Below, one piece after another: positions 53,344-63,822 of a stretch of DNA of 64,000 bases. Source of the DNA: Candidatus Kerfeldbacteria bacterium. GTDB lineage: Bacteria; Patescibacteriota; Patescibacteriia; SBBC01; CAIJZX01. The stretch lies in assembly GCA_963731735.1 (NCBI GenBank), contig CAVSWO010000002.1, positions 564,257 to 628,256 on the forward strand, read 5' to 3'. Position 1 is the stretch's first letter; each line of letters begins with the position of its first letter. The notes beneath the pieces were generated by a model. The model saw nothing but the letters and a program-made list of their open reading frames with translations, was not told where the DNA came from and made no database searches. Position numbers and translations under genes: made by a program.

Positions 53344-54966
53344 ATGATTCTGCCGATTGCGCAACTCCGGAAACTCCTGGAAAAAGCGATTGCCAAGGCT
53401 TACCCGGATGTAACCGAGCTGGAGATTCCGATTGACCGACCGCATGCCGCCGGGCATGGCGATTATGCCTCTTCGGTCGCCATGAAATTGGCTACCCAGG
53501 TTGGACAACCGCCGCGAGAAGTGGCGCAACATCTGGTGGCGCAAATCGGCCGGTCGCCAATGTTAACCAAGGCCGAAGTGGCTGGCGCTGGATTCATTAA
53601 TTTTTTCGTGGCCGAGAAGTGGTTGCTGGGCTACCTGGCAAAAATATTGGCGGATAAAAACTTCGGCGCCAATGCCAGCGGGCAAGCCAAACGGATGGTG
53701 GTCGAATTTATCTCCGCCAATCCGACCGGGCCGATGACGCTCGGGAATGGGCGCGGGGCGTTTGCCGGCGACACCATGGCCAATGTCTTGGCCCTGGCCG
53801 GCTGGCGCGTGACTCGCGAGTACTATCTGAATGACGTCGGCAACCAGGTCAACATCTTAGCCGAGTCAGTCATCCGACGGTATTTTCAACTCCAGGGAAT
53901 TCCAACCGATTACCCGGAGCATTTATATCAGGGCGAATATATTACCGACTTAGCTAAGACCCTCAAGCTCGACAAGATGAAATTGCAGGACATGCAGACA
54001 TTGCAGGCCCGCATCAAAGTTCGGTTGCTCAACCTGATGATTCGCGACATTCAACGGGTGGTTGAGAAAAAGTTGAAAGTCAAATTCAACACCTGGGTGC
54101 GGGAGAGCGGTTTGTACGATCGCAATTTAGATCAAAAAGTACTCGAGCACCTGCGACGTCACGGTCTGCTGTCGGAAAAAGATGGCGCCACCTGGTTCCG
54201 AACCAGCGCCTTCGGTGACGACAAGGATCGGGTGTTGATCAAACGCGATGGCGAAAAAACCTATTTACTCTCTGATGTGGCCTTACGGTTCAACCGGTTT
54301 GCTCAACGCGGCCTCGATCGGGAATTAATTTTTCTGGGCGCGGATCACCATGGCTATGTCAAACGCTTAGAAGCGATTATGGCCGCCCTCGGTTACGCCG
54401 GACAAATCGACGTCCAACTGGTGCAATTGGTCAGGTTATTGCGTGACGGGAAAGAAGTCAAAATGTCGAAACGAGCGGGAACCTACGTGACGTTGGAAGA
54501 AGTGGTGGATGAGGTTGGCCTGGATGCCGCTCGATTCTTTTTCCTGATGCATGCGCCAAATACCCACATGGATTTCGACATTACCCTGGCCAAAGAGCAA
54601 TCCGATAAAAATCCGGTTTACTATGTCCAGTATGCCAGCGCCCGAATGTTTAGTATCCTGGCTAAAACCAAGAAACTTCCCATCCGGCGCTTGCGAGAAC
54701 CGGCGCATGAGGCTGAATTGGCGCTGATCAAACGCTTTTTGCAATTGCCCGAACTGGTGACTGAACTGGCCGCCTCCCGGGAAGTCCAGCAATTAGCCTT
54801 TTATGCTCAGGATTTGGCTCGAGATTTTCACGATTTCTATACACAGTGCCGGGTGATTGAAGACAACCACGTGTGGGACCGTCGTTTGCAACTGGTCCAA
54901 GCCGCCCGCCTGGTTCTTGGGAAAACGCTGGGCCTGATGGGCATTACCGCCCCGGAACGAATGTAG
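53344..54966 (+). CDS. argS: Arginine--tRNA ligase
   Basis: GHGDYAS, GAGFINF, VEFISANPTGP, FGDDKDRVL, GADHHGY, KMSKRAG, NPVYYVQYA. Confidence 0.97.
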   Translation: MILPIAQLRKLLEKAIAKAYPDVTELEIPIDRPHAAGHGDYASSVAMKLATQVGQPPREVAQHLVAQIGRSPMLTKAEVAGAGFINFFVAEKWLLGYLAKILADKNFGANASGQAKRMVVEFISANPTGPMTLGNGRGAFAGDTMANVLALAGWRVTREYYLNDVGNQVNILAESVIRRYFQLQGIPTDYPEHLYQGEYITDLAKTLKLDKMKLQDMQTLQARIKVRLLNLMIRDIQRVVEKKLKVKFNTWVRESGLYDRNLDQKVLEHLRRHGLLSEKDGATWFRTSAFGDDKDRVLIKRDGEKTYLLSDVALRFNRFAQRGLDRELIFLGADHHGYVKRLEAIMAALGYAGQIDVQLVQLVRLLRDGKEVKMSKRAGTYVTLEEVVDEVGLDAARFFFLMHAPNTHMDFDITLAKEQSDKNPVYYVQYASARMFSILAKTKKLPIRRLREPAHEAELALIKRFLQLPELVTELAASREVQQLAFYAQDLARDFHDFYTQCRVIEDNHVWDRRLQLVQAARLVLGKTLGLMGITAPERM

Positions 54967-55000
54967 TTGTTCGGAACCGACGACGTGCTATAGTACCAAT

Positions 55001-56140
55001 ATGCGAATTGGTATCGATTGTCGCACGATCCTGAACCCCGAATCCGGGGAACGGGCGGGTGTGGGTCACTACACCTATCATTTGGTCAAGGCGCTGTTGG
55101 CAATCGATCCGGACAATCAATACGTCTTGTTTTTTGACGCGCGCATGAAAGCCGAGGGGACCCAGGAATTCGAGCAGTCAAACGTGACGATTCGTTTTTT
55201 CCCGTTTTCCCGATACCGAAAATTTTTACCGTTTGCATATTCGCATATGCTAACCGCGGCCGCTTTGGCTCGCGAGCGATTGGATGTATTTCATGCGCCG
55301 GCCAATGTTATTCCCCTCAGTTATCGCGGCACCAGTGTACTGACCATTCACGACTTAGCGATTTACCGCCATCCGGAATGGTTCCAGACACAGGTCATGT
55401 CGACACACTTGTTAGTTCCGCGTTCGATCCGCAAGGCCAAACAGGTAATTGCCGTCTCGCAAGCCACCAAGCGAGACCTGCGCGAACTCTTTCATCTGGC
55501 CGAGCAAAAGGTTAGCGTGGTTCCCGAAGCGGTGGATGTGCAGCTGTTGCCGCTGGAAGACAGTCAAGACGACGTTAGAACGCTGTACAGATTGCCGGAG
55601 CGCTTCTTGCTCTTTATCGGGACTATTGAACCGCGAAAAAACATTTCACGCTTAATTGAAGCTTGGCAACATTTGCGGTTGCTTGATCCGGAGACGACCA
55701 ATGGCACGAAACTTGTCTTAGCCGGAGGCCTCGGCTACCACGGCCGCGATATTTTAACTCCGGTCCGGGCGATGGATCTCGACATCCAATATTTGGATTA
55801 CGTTAGTCATAATCACAAAATACAATTGCTGCAAGAAGCGACCGCCTTCGTTTTTCCGTCACTCTACGAGGGTTTTGGATTACCGGTTTTGGAAGCCATG
55901 GCCCTCGGTACCCCGGTGATCACCACTAAAACCAGCGCCATACCCGAAGTCACCGGTCAGGCGGCGATCTTAGTTGATCCGGATGATATGGATGGATTGG
56001 CGGCGGCCATGGGACACATTTTACGTGACCCTCGCCGGGCGGCGGAGATGGCCGCGCTGGGCCGCGACCAAGCCCGGAATTTCTCATGGGCACAAACCGC
56101 CGAACAAACGCTGGATGTCTACCGCCGGGCGGCGGCCTAG
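55001..56140 (+). CDS. GT4 family glycosyltransferase
   Basis: TIHDL, GTIEPRKN, FPSLYEGFGLPVLEAMALG. Confidence 0.93.
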   Translation: MRIGIDCRTILNPESGERAGVGHYTYHLVKALLAIDPDNQYVLFFDARMKAEGTQEFEQSNVTIRFFPFSRYRKFLPFAYSHMLTAAALARERLDVFHAPANVIPLSYRGTSVLTIHDLAIYRHPEWFQTQVMSTHLLVPRSIRKAKQVIAVSQATKRDLRELFHLAEQKVSVVPEAVDVQLLPLEDSQDDVRTLYRLPERFLLFIGTIEPRKNISRLIEAWQHLRLLDPETTNGTKLVLAGGLGYHGRDILTPVRAMDLDIQYLDYVSHNHKIQLLQEATAFVFPSLYEGFGLPVLEAMALGTPVITTKTSAIPEVTGQAAILVDPDDMDGLAAAMGHILRDPRRAAEMAALGRDQARNFSWAQTAEQTLDVYRRAAA

Positions 56141-56210
56141 TTGACCCCGATTGCATATTCAGGTAGGCTCGGTGCAATCGCTTTGTCGTGCTCTCGCCGA
56201 GGAGGAAATC

Positions 56211-56534
56211 GTGCAGTCGTTCATTCGTTGCATCCGCGTCTACGCGCGTCGTCGAACCAGACAAGCTCGGCCATTCTTACTGGTCTTGCGGTTATTGGGC
56301 ATTCCGATGGCCGCGCTGGCCCTGCAATTCCTGGTGGGTGAAAAAACGCTGACGTTCGTGGTCGATTACCTGTTCGATGTTCTGACTTGGGCTCTGATGA
56401 TTTCGGCCCTGCCGATCATGGTTATCGCCTGGGTCGCCGGCAGCAGTCCCGGTCAAGCCTGGATCAGCCAGCAACAAAAACTCTCGCGGCTAACCGAAGG
56501 CCAAGAAACCGAAGCGTCGAAAATGCCGTCCTAA
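56211..56534 (+). CDS. Small 2-TM membrane protein
   Basis: GAGGAGG before GTG 56211; TTGACC-17-TAGGCT promoter; terminator follows. Confidence 0.7.
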   Translation: MQSFIRCIRVYARRRTRQARPFLLVLRLLGIPMAALALQFLVGEKTLTFVVDYLFDVLTWALMISALPIMVIAWVAGSSPGQAWISQQQKLSRLTEGQETEASKMPS

Positions 56535-56567
56535 CCCCCAAGCGCCATGCGTGAGGGGGTCTTTTTT
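56534..56567 (+). terminator. Rho-independent terminator
   Basis: ACCCCC...GGGGGT stem followed by CTTTTTT. Confidence 0.6.
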
Positions 56568-56639
56568 GACGGAATTGTATTACAAGCGCATAGTTACCGT
56601 GAAGGGGAGTTAATACCCTAATCATAAATGTAAAAAATC

Positions 56640-57359
56640 ATGACAAAAATTATAGAAAACCCAACACCAAATCAATCCTCAGGTTTAGCACGATCACGTT
56701 CATACAGAGCAGCTTGGTTTGTGGTGGGAGTAATGATGCTTTTCTCTATACCCATCGTCGGAATGCAGCTATCGCTCATGGGGCCGGGCAATGGTGCACT
56801 TACGTTACTTTTGGATATCATTTTCCTTCCAGCCTTGTGGTTATCGAGTGCTGTCATAGCCGCGCTGTTCATACGGGTTTTCCCAATTACAAAACATACA
56901 GTTGGAATCGTCTTGGCTACCATTCTTTCCGGACTTGTTATTTTATTTTTTGGCTGGTCATCGCTTTCAATTTTAAAAACAAGCCATCCCGATACCAGGA
57001 CATGGAGAACATGCGATTTTAAGACTTTATTGTTCCCCTTCGCGGTTCATGACTACTGCAGTGATTTGCCTCCACTTGAGTCAACTCAAGCAGCCAATGT
57101 TTCGGACTGCGCACTCATTAAAGAAAAGGGGTATTGGAATGGATGCATACACAAGTTTATGAAGACAGAATCTGATTTTCAAACGTGTCTCGTGCAAGCT
57201 GAAGAGCGTGCCCAATCAACACTCAATGATCGATCACGAGCAATATGTGGACTAGCCTATGCCTTAGTAACGAAGAATAGTTCCGTTTGCAATGCACTGA
57301 CTGAAGCAGGTGATAAAACATATTGTCTTTCGCAGTACCAATTCAGTGTGCCGGATTAA
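56640..57359 (+). CDS. 3-TM protein with Cys-rich extracellular repeats
   Basis: Hydrophobic N-half; C..I......C helical repeats; visibly AT-richer than its neighbours. Confidence 0.75.
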   Translation: MTKIIENPTPNQSSGLARSRSYRAAWFVVGVMMLFSIPIVGMQLSLMGPGNGALTLLLDIIFLPALWLSSAVIAALFIRVFPITKHTVGIVLATILSGLVILFFGWSSLSILKTSHPDTRTWRTCDFKTLLFPFAVHDYCSDLPPLESTQAANVSDCALIKEKGYWNGCIHKFMKTESDFQTCLVQAEERAQSTLNDRSRAICGLAYALVTKNSSVCNALTEAGDKTYCLSQYQFSVPD

Positions 57360-57386
57360 CACAGAACGGCCTGAAGACAACTTATT

Positions 57387-57415
57387 TTGACGGGGAGGAA
57401 AATTGCTGGTATAGT
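57387..57415 (+). promoter_or_regulatory. sigma70-like promoter of ileS
   Basis: TTGACG-17 nt-TATAGT with extended TG. Confidence 0.65.
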
Positions 57416-57449
57416 TTACCGTGCGATCTGATAAATCGCCTTCACGCTT

Positions 57450-60400
57450 ATGGCCGCCCCCAATTTCCCCGAACTCGAAAAGAAGATCCTGCAGGACTGG
57501 CAGGCGAATTCAATTTTCCAAAAAACCCTCGAGCAGACGAGGAACGGGGAACGCTTTGTGTTTTTTGAAGGCCCGCCGACGGCCAACGGCAAGCCGCACA
57601 TGGGCCACGTTGAAACACGGGCGTTTAAAGACGTCGTGCTGCGCTACAAGACCATGCGCGGGTTTTTTGTTGAACGGAAAGCCGGCTGGGACACGCAAGG
57701 TTTGCCGGTCGAACTGGAAGTTGAAAAATCCCTTGGCATCTCCGGCAAGAAAGACATTGAAGCGTACGGGGTAGAAAAATTCAACGCCGAAGCCAAACAG
57801 TCGGTTTGGAAATATAAAGACCTATGGGAGAAAATGACCGACCGGGTTGGGTTCTGGCTCGATACCTCGGATCCGTACATCACGTATAGTAATGACTACA
57901 TTGAAACCCTGTGGTGGATTTTTAAACAGATTTGGGATCAAAAACTGCTGATCCAGGATTACAAAGTCGTGCCGTACTGTCCGCGCTGCGGGACCGCACT
58001 ATCGAGTCATGAAGTTGCGCAGGGCTACGAGTCGGTGACCGAACCGGCGGTGTATGTAAAATTTGAACTGGTGGATGAACCGGGAACCTTTGTCCTGGCT
58101 TGGACCACCACTCCCTGGACCTTGCCGGGGAACGTGGCGCTGGCGGTGGATGAAAAAATTGAATATAGCCAAGTGACGGTCGGCCAGGAAAAACTGCTGC
58201 TAGCCAGCGCGCTGGTCGAGCGAGCAGTTGGTGCGAATGCGACGATAGAAAAATCATTCCCCGGCAAAGAATTACTCGGCAAGAAATACAAACCACTCTT
58301 TGATTTTTTGGACCTTGGAAAAGAATCAGGAAAGAACGCCTACGTCATCGTGCCGGCCGATTTCGTGACAACCGAAGATGGCACGGGTGTCGTTCATACG
58401 GCGGTGATGTACGGGGTTGATGATTTTCAACTCGGTCAAAAACTTGATTTGCCAAAAATCCACACGGTCGATGAAGCCGGTAAATTTACTGCGCTGGTGA
58501 AACCGTGGGACGGCCAAGAAGTGCGGGATCCGGACGGGAAAACGCAAGCCGAAATCATTGCCTGGCTGCAAGCCCACCATAAACTCTACAAGGTTGAAGA
58601 CTATACTCACGACTATCCGTTCTGCTGGCGATGCAAACACCCACTTTTGTATTACGCAAAAACCTCCTGGTTTATTCTGATGTCGAAATTGCTCGATCAG
58701 CTGATAAAAAATAATGAGAAAGTCAACTGGTCTCCCGCCCATATCAAGGACGGCCGGTTTGGCGAATGGCTCCGAGAGGTTAAAGATTGGGCGATTTCCC
58801 GCGAACGCTACTGGGGCACGCCGCTACCGATCTGGGAATGCAACCAGTGTAAGCATCAGGAGTGCCTCGGATCGTATCAGGAGCTCCTGGACCGCCTACC
58901 GGCCAGGAATCGATACATTTTTATCCGACACGGTGAATCGGAAAATAACGTGACGGACACATTAGATACGATGTTGCCGGATGGTTCATCGAATTTAACG
59001 GCCAAGGGGCGGGCGCAATCAGCCACCGCAGCCGAAGCGCTCCAATCGGAAACTGTCGACGCGATTTTCACCTCGCAATTTCCGCGCGCTCGGCAGACCG
59101 CCGCGGTGATTGCCGAAAAGCTGAAGTTGCCGGTCACTGAGGATCAGCGATTGAATGAATTTCAAATCGGACCGAAGTTCGAAGGCAAAACCATCAAGGA
59201 ATTTCATCAACAGTTCGGCGATCGAACCAAACGCTTATCCGAAGCGCCGCCCGGCGGGGAAACATGGCTGCAACTGCGGCAACGGATGATAGACTTTTTA
59301 CACGAATTGGACGCCAAACATACCGGGAAAACATTTGTTATCGTGTCACACGCGGACCCGATTTATGTGGCCGCTTGGGCGGCTTCCCTGCGAGCGGATT
59401 CCCAAATTCCGGATATTGAGTATCCGAAGAATGCCGAACCCTATGAGGTCAAGTTCGTCAGCCAGCTCTTCCAACCAGACGGCAGCTTCGACCCCCATCG
59501 TCCGTACAGCGATACATGGACGTGGCCATGCGCTCATTGCCAGCAGGGGACAATGCGCCGCGTGCCGGAAGTCGCCGATACCTGGTTCGACTCGGGTTCG
59601 ATGCCGTTTGCCCAATGGCACTACCCATTTGAAAATACTGATCGAATAAAAAAAGGGAAGAGTTACCCGGCTGACTATATCACCGAGGCGATTGATCAAA
59701 CGCGCGGTTGGTTTTACACCTTGCTGGCGATTGCAACCCTGTTGCAAAAATCCAAAGCGGTCAAAGCCGGTCCGCCTTATAAAAACGTGGTGGTGCTTGG
59801 CCACGTGCGCGACGCCAAAGGAAAGAAACTTTCGAAGAGCGCCGGGAATTATATTGATCCGCTGGAACTTATCGACCAGCACGGCGCCGATCCGATCCGC
59901 TTCTACTTGATGACCATGAATCAACCGGGCGATCCGAAAAATTTCGACCCGAAGGGTCTGGATGAAGTCATCAAGAAAACTTTTCTGATATTGATGAATG
60001 TGGTCAGCTTCTGGAAACTCTATGCCGGTAAAGCGACGGCGGACGTGACGACCGCCGATCATCCGCTTGACCGCTGGATCTTGGCCAAAACCGCCGAACT
60101 GACCAAGCAGGTGACGGATGGACTGGAAGCCTATGACATAACCGGTGCCGGCCGGTCGATTGCCAGTTGCATCACCGATCTGTCCACCTGGTACGTCCGG
60201 CGCAGTCGCGATCGTATCAAAGGCGATGACCGCCCGATGGTGACGTCGGTCTTGCGGCAGGTGCTGATGACGCTGGCGCAGCTGCTGGCACCCTTCACCC
60301 CGTTCCTAGCCGAACAGGTCTATCGTGAGGTGGGTGGCAGACTGGCTTCGGTTCACCTTGAACCGTGGCCGGCCTCGGCTTCGGTCGACCGTAAAATTTT

Positions 60401-60905
60401 GGAGGAGATGCAGGCCTTACGCCAATGGATTGAGCAAGGGCATGCGCTGCGCGCGCAGGCGGGACTCAAGGTCCGCCAGCCGCTTCAACAATTCGTGGTG
60501 GCGAAATCGGTTCCCAAAGAACTGCATGCCATCTTGCGGGCGGAGCTGAATGTCAAAGAAATCCATGATCAAACGGCGCTGCCGGAGGGACCGGAATGGG
60601 TCAAAACGGATAGGGTGGCCCTCGATACCACGCTGACGGATGAACTCAAAGCCGAAGGAATGTTGCGCGATCTCGTGCGGGAATTTAACGCCCTTCGTAA
60701 AACGGCCCAGCTGCAACCGAGCGACATTATCGTGGCACACGTTCAACCGCAAACCGTCGCTGCCCAAGTGGTTGAACGCTTCGCGCAACAATTCTTAAAA
60801 GAAGTGCGTGCCAAAGCTGCCACGCCTTCGGTGGCCGGCGCGGCCCATACGGCTGCAATTACACTAGACGGACAATCGGTCATGATCGGACTCTCGATCG
60901 GCTAA
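57450..60905 (+). CDS. ileS: Isoleucine--tRNA ligase (type 2) with inserted histidine phosphatase domain
   Basis: EGPPTANGKPHMGH, GWDTQGLP, WTTTPWTLPGN, DWAISRERYWGTP, DQTRGWF, KLSKS; IRHGES insert. Confidence 0.96.
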   Translation: MAAPNFPELEKKILQDWQANSIFQKTLEQTRNGERFVFFEGPPTANGKPHMGHVETRAFKDVVLRYKTMRGFFVERKAGWDTQGLPVELEVEKSLGISGKKDIEAYGVEKFNAEAKQSVWKYKDLWEKMTDRVGFWLDTSDPYITYSNDYIETLWWIFKQIWDQKLLIQDYKVVPYCPRCGTALSSHEVAQGYESVTEPAVYVKFELVDEPGTFVLAWTTTPWTLPGNVALAVDEKIEYSQVTVGQEKLLLASALVERAVGANATIEKSFPGKELLGKKYKPLFDFLDLGKESGKNAYVIVPADFVTTEDGTGVVHTAVMYGVDDFQLGQKLDLPKIHTVDEAGKFTALVKPWDGQEVRDPDGKTQAEIIAWLQAHHKLYKVEDYTHDYPFCWRCKHPLLYYAKTSWFILMSKLLDQLIKNNEKVNWSPAHIKDGRFGEWLREVKDWAISRERYWGTPLPIWECNQCKHQECLGSYQELLDRLPARNRYIFIRHGESENNVTDTLDTMLPDGSSNLTAKGRAQSATAAEALQSETVDAIFTSQFPRARQTAAVIAEKLKLPVTEDQRLNEFQIGPKFEGKTIKEFHQQFGDRTKRLSEAPPGGETWLQLRQRMIDFLHELDAKHTGKTFVIVSHADPIYVAAWAASLRADSQIPDIEYPKNAEPYEVKFVSQLFQPDGSFDPHRPYSDTWTWPCAHCQQGTMRRVPEVADTWFDSGSMPFAQWHYPFENTDRIKKGKSYPADYITEAIDQTRGWFYTLLAIATLLQKSKAVKAGPPYKNVVVLGHVRDAKGKKLSKSAGNYIDPLELIDQHGADPIRFYLMTMNQPGDPKNFDPKGLDEVIKKTFLILMNVVSFWKLYAGKATADVTTADHPLDRWILAKTAELTKQVTDGLEAYDITGAGRSIASCITDLSTWYVRRSRDRIKGDDRPMVTSVLRQVLMTLAQLLAPFTPFLAEQVYREVGGRLASVHLEPWPASASVDRKILEEMQALRQWIEQGHALRAQAGLKVRQPLQQFVVAKSVPKELHAILRAELNVKEIHDQTALPEGPEWVKTDRVALDTTLTDELKAEGMLRDLVREFNALRKTAQLQPSDIIVAHVQPQTVAAQVVERFAQQFLKEVRAKAATPSVAGAAHTAAITLDGQSVMIGLSIG

Positions 60906-60906
60906 T

Positions 60907-61662
60907 ATGGCCTCGGTCATCCAAACCCGCGCCCTGATTCTTCATCATAGCGACCACCGGGAGCACGATCGATTGTTGACGGTGCTCAGCCCGGAACTCG
61001 GGAAGATCCAGGTCCGGGCGCGGGGTTCCAAGAAAGGGATCTCGAAACTCGGTGGCTCACTTGAACCGGTGACGGAGGTGGATTTGACGATCGCCAACGG
61101 ACGACAGCTGGACGTCGTGACCGGCAGTATCATTCTGGAACGCTGGCCGCAGTTGCGACAAGATGTAGTCGGTCTGGTGGCGGCGCAGTGGCTACTTGAA
61201 CTGATTGAAAAAGTAACGAAACCCAACCAACCCGAACCGGAACTGTATCAGCAGCTCAAAAATATGCTGAGCGCCATCCAGGCTGAAGCCGGACAGTCGG
61301 AAGGACGACGTTGGATCCAATTACTCCGGCGCGCATGGAACATTTTGCAGCATGAAGGTTTTGTGGCCGAGAGTCGGATTTGTAGCCGCTGTCATCGGAT
61401 GATTGAACCCGGGCAACACGCTTTTGATCCGTTGCACGGGTGGCTGCACCGCCGCGAAGCGGGTCCACACGCGCAATCAGTGTCAGCCGCCGCCGTCGAT
61501 TTTCTGAATGGACAACCCGCTCAGGACGATCCCAAGAAGATATTTCACGTCACGCACCGTTTAGTGCAAAGCGTGATTGAGCAGACGCTTGATCAACCGC
61601 TTCGGAGCGAACGGGTATTACAGAAGGTTATGCGAGTCTCGAAGTTGTCAGCTTCCGAATAA
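60907..61662 (+). CDS. recO: DNA repair protein RecO
   Basis: EHDRLLTVLSPELGKIQVRARG.KK..SKLGGSLEP; CSRC. Confidence 0.92.
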   Translation: MASVIQTRALILHHSDHREHDRLLTVLSPELGKIQVRARGSKKGISKLGGSLEPVTEVDLTIANGRQLDVVTGSIILERWPQLRQDVVGLVAAQWLLELIEKVTKPNQPEPELYQQLKNMLSAIQAEAGQSEGRRWIQLLRRAWNILQHEGFVAESRICSRCHRMIEPGQHAFDPLHGWLHRREAGPHAQSVSAAAVDFLNGQPAQDDPKKIFHVTHRLVQSVIEQTLDQPLRSERVLQKVMRVSKLSASE

Positions 61663-61684
61663 GTCGGTACACTAGAAGTCGCTC

Positions 61685-63796
61685 ATGACTCCGAAAAGCA
61701 AAAAACACAACCCATCGGAAAAGTCACCATTCCGGCCCCAGGATCGGAAGGCTTTTTTAGAGGCGCTGCGCCGTCATCATGATGATCCGGTTGCCGCCCA
61801 GGCCGAGCTCGACCAGCACCAACCAGACGACACCGAATCAGAATTCCCATCCGATCATGTCCAGCCAGAGGCGGCGACGCCCAAAACTCAACCAGTCACC
61901 CCAGCCGCCGGGAAAAAAATTACCGTCACCACCGCCACTGATTCGGCTGAAACCCCGGAGACTGATGGAGCCGGCCTGGAAGCCGTCTTAGAGGATTCCG
62001 CTCAGCCCCCGAAAACGCCGCCGCCAGAAATGGGTAAATTACAACGGAGCAAAAAACGTCGTTCGTGGCCGTGGGGCTGGACCATCGGCGGGTTGCTGGT
62101 GATTGCCGTTGCCACAGTTGGAGGGTTTTTGTGGTTTAATCGAGCCCAGCGTTTTAGCGGGGATCAGGTAAACCTATCGGTCCAAGCCCCCAGTCAGCTG
62201 GCTTCGGGCAGCGACGTAACCATTACCTTTGCTTTTCAAAATTCGGAGCCGGTTGACCTGGTTGGCGCCGAGTTAACGGTTGAATACCCCGAAGGCTTTC
62301 GAATAACCAAGACCAGTCAGCCGAGCGTCAATGATTTTACTAACGCCTTTACGATCGGCACGATCAAGCACGGCCGGGCCGGCACCGTCACGGTGGACGG
62401 AGTCTTATTCGGTTCGGTTGGGGCGAAGCGTGAATTTTCAGCCACCTTGAACTACCGGCCGAAAAACTTCAGTTCAGATTTTCAAGTCACCGCGAAAACC
62501 ACCATCGATATCAATAGTTCATTATTAGAACTTAAAGTTGACGGACCGAAAAAGCTGGCCCCGAATGCTGAAGGCACCTGGACGCTCACTTATACAAATT
62601 CTTCGGATCGTGATTTGTCAGACGTGCAAATCGAAGCGATCTATCCGGATGGCATTGATGTGACCGCCGTCGACCCGGCGGCCGTCGAGCGATCTGCTCT
62701 CTGGCGTTTTGATCAGGTGCCAAAGGGCGAGTCGGGCAAAATTACGATTACCGGACATGCCGTCGGAGAAGTTGGCGATTCGCTTGAAATGATATTCCGA
62801 GCGGGCTTGGTCAATGCTGCGAATACGGTTGACGTTCAGGCGGAGCAAAAAATTCTGGTGGTGCTGATTAGCACCGGCGTCACAACCAGCGTGGCTGCCA
62901 ATGGCGTGGCGGAAAATAGCGTTATTTCCCCGGGGGAGCGCTTGCAGTACGCGGTGAAAGTCGCCAATCAGAGCGAAGCCGAAGTCAGCAACTTGACCGT
63001 CAGCTTGACGGTTGAGGGAACCGGCGCCGATTTTGACCAGTTGGATAATCCAACACGGGCCGATGTTCAGGATCAGACCTTAACCTGGACCAAGCAGCAG
63101 GTGAGCGGCCTGGATGTACTGAAGCCCGGTCAGGATGTGACCCTGCGATTTGGTCTGGGTACAGTTGATGCTTTGCCGGTGGCCCAGGACACGGATATTG
63201 ATCCGCACATTACCGTTTCCGTTAGCGTAACTTCACCGAGCTTACCGGTTGACCCGAACCCAAAACCGGCGGCGGTCTTTACCACCAAGTTTGCGACGGC
63301 CGTCTCACTCACGGCTGAGTCGCGATACTATGATGACGACGGCACCGTGCTGGGTGACGGACCAGTGCCACCCCAGGTTGGGCAAACCACGAAGTATCGC
63401 GTCCGTTGGACCCTGACGAACACCACCAGCGCCGCAAATTCGATGCACGTCACGGCCACCTTACCGACCAGCGTTTTTTGGACCGGTCAGAACATTTCTC
63501 GCGGAGCCGGTGATATTGCGTTTGATCCGTCATCTCGAGTGGTGACCTGGACAATTAATCAAGTTCCAGCCGGAACCGGATCACGCTTACCAGCCCTGGT
63601 AGCTGAATTCGAAGTCTCGATCACTCCGATTGCGAGTCAGGTGGGATCACCCGTCATCCTGACGCAATCCACCGCCGCCACGGCCACCGACGCCTACACT
63701 GACCAGGCGATTGCCTTGACTCAGCCTTCGACCACGACGGATGTACCAACCGATCCAACCGCGGCTGGCCAGGGCTCGGTTGTAGCGGCTCCATAA
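61685..63796 (+). CDS. Membrane-anchored multi-Ig (DUF11-like) protein
   Basis: Disordered N-terminus, TM, repeated YPEGF and W modules; GPVPPQVGQTTKYRVRW. Confidence 0.82.
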   Translation: MTPKSKKHNPSEKSPFRPQDRKAFLEALRRHHDDPVAAQAELDQHQPDDTESEFPSDHVQPEAATPKTQPVTPAAGKKITVTTATDSAETPETDGAGLEAVLEDSAQPPKTPPPEMGKLQRSKKRRSWPWGWTIGGLLVIAVATVGGFLWFNRAQRFSGDQVNLSVQAPSQLASGSDVTITFAFQNSEPVDLVGAELTVEYPEGFRITKTSQPSVNDFTNAFTIGTIKHGRAGTVTVDGVLFGSVGAKREFSATLNYRPKNFSSDFQVTAKTTIDINSSLLELKVDGPKKLAPNAEGTWTLTYTNSSDRDLSDVQIEAIYPDGIDVTAVDPAAVERSALWRFDQVPKGESGKITITGHAVGEVGDSLEMIFRAGLVNAANTVDVQAEQKILVVLISTGVTTSVAANGVAENSVISPGERLQYAVKVANQSEAEVSNLTVSLTVEGTGADFDQLDNPTRADVQDQTLTWTKQQVSGLDVLKPGQDVTLRFGLGTVDALPVAQDTDIDPHITVSVSVTSPSLPVDPNPKPAAVFTTKFATAVSLTAESRYYDDDGTVLGDGPVPPQVGQTTKYRVRWTLTNTTSAANSMHVTATLPTSVFWTGQNISRGAGDIAFDPSSRVVTWTINQVPAGTGSRLPALVAEFEVSITPIASQVGSPVILTQSTAATATDAYTDQAIALTQPSTTTDVPTDPTAAGQGSVVAAP

Positions 63797-63822
63797 AAAA
63801 GACTCCCGAGTTGCAGGGAGTC
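63795..63822 (-). terminator. Rho-independent terminator of the convergent minus-strand gene
   Basis: GACTCCC-TGCAACTC-GGGAGTC-TTTTTT on the minus strand. Confidence 0.7.
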
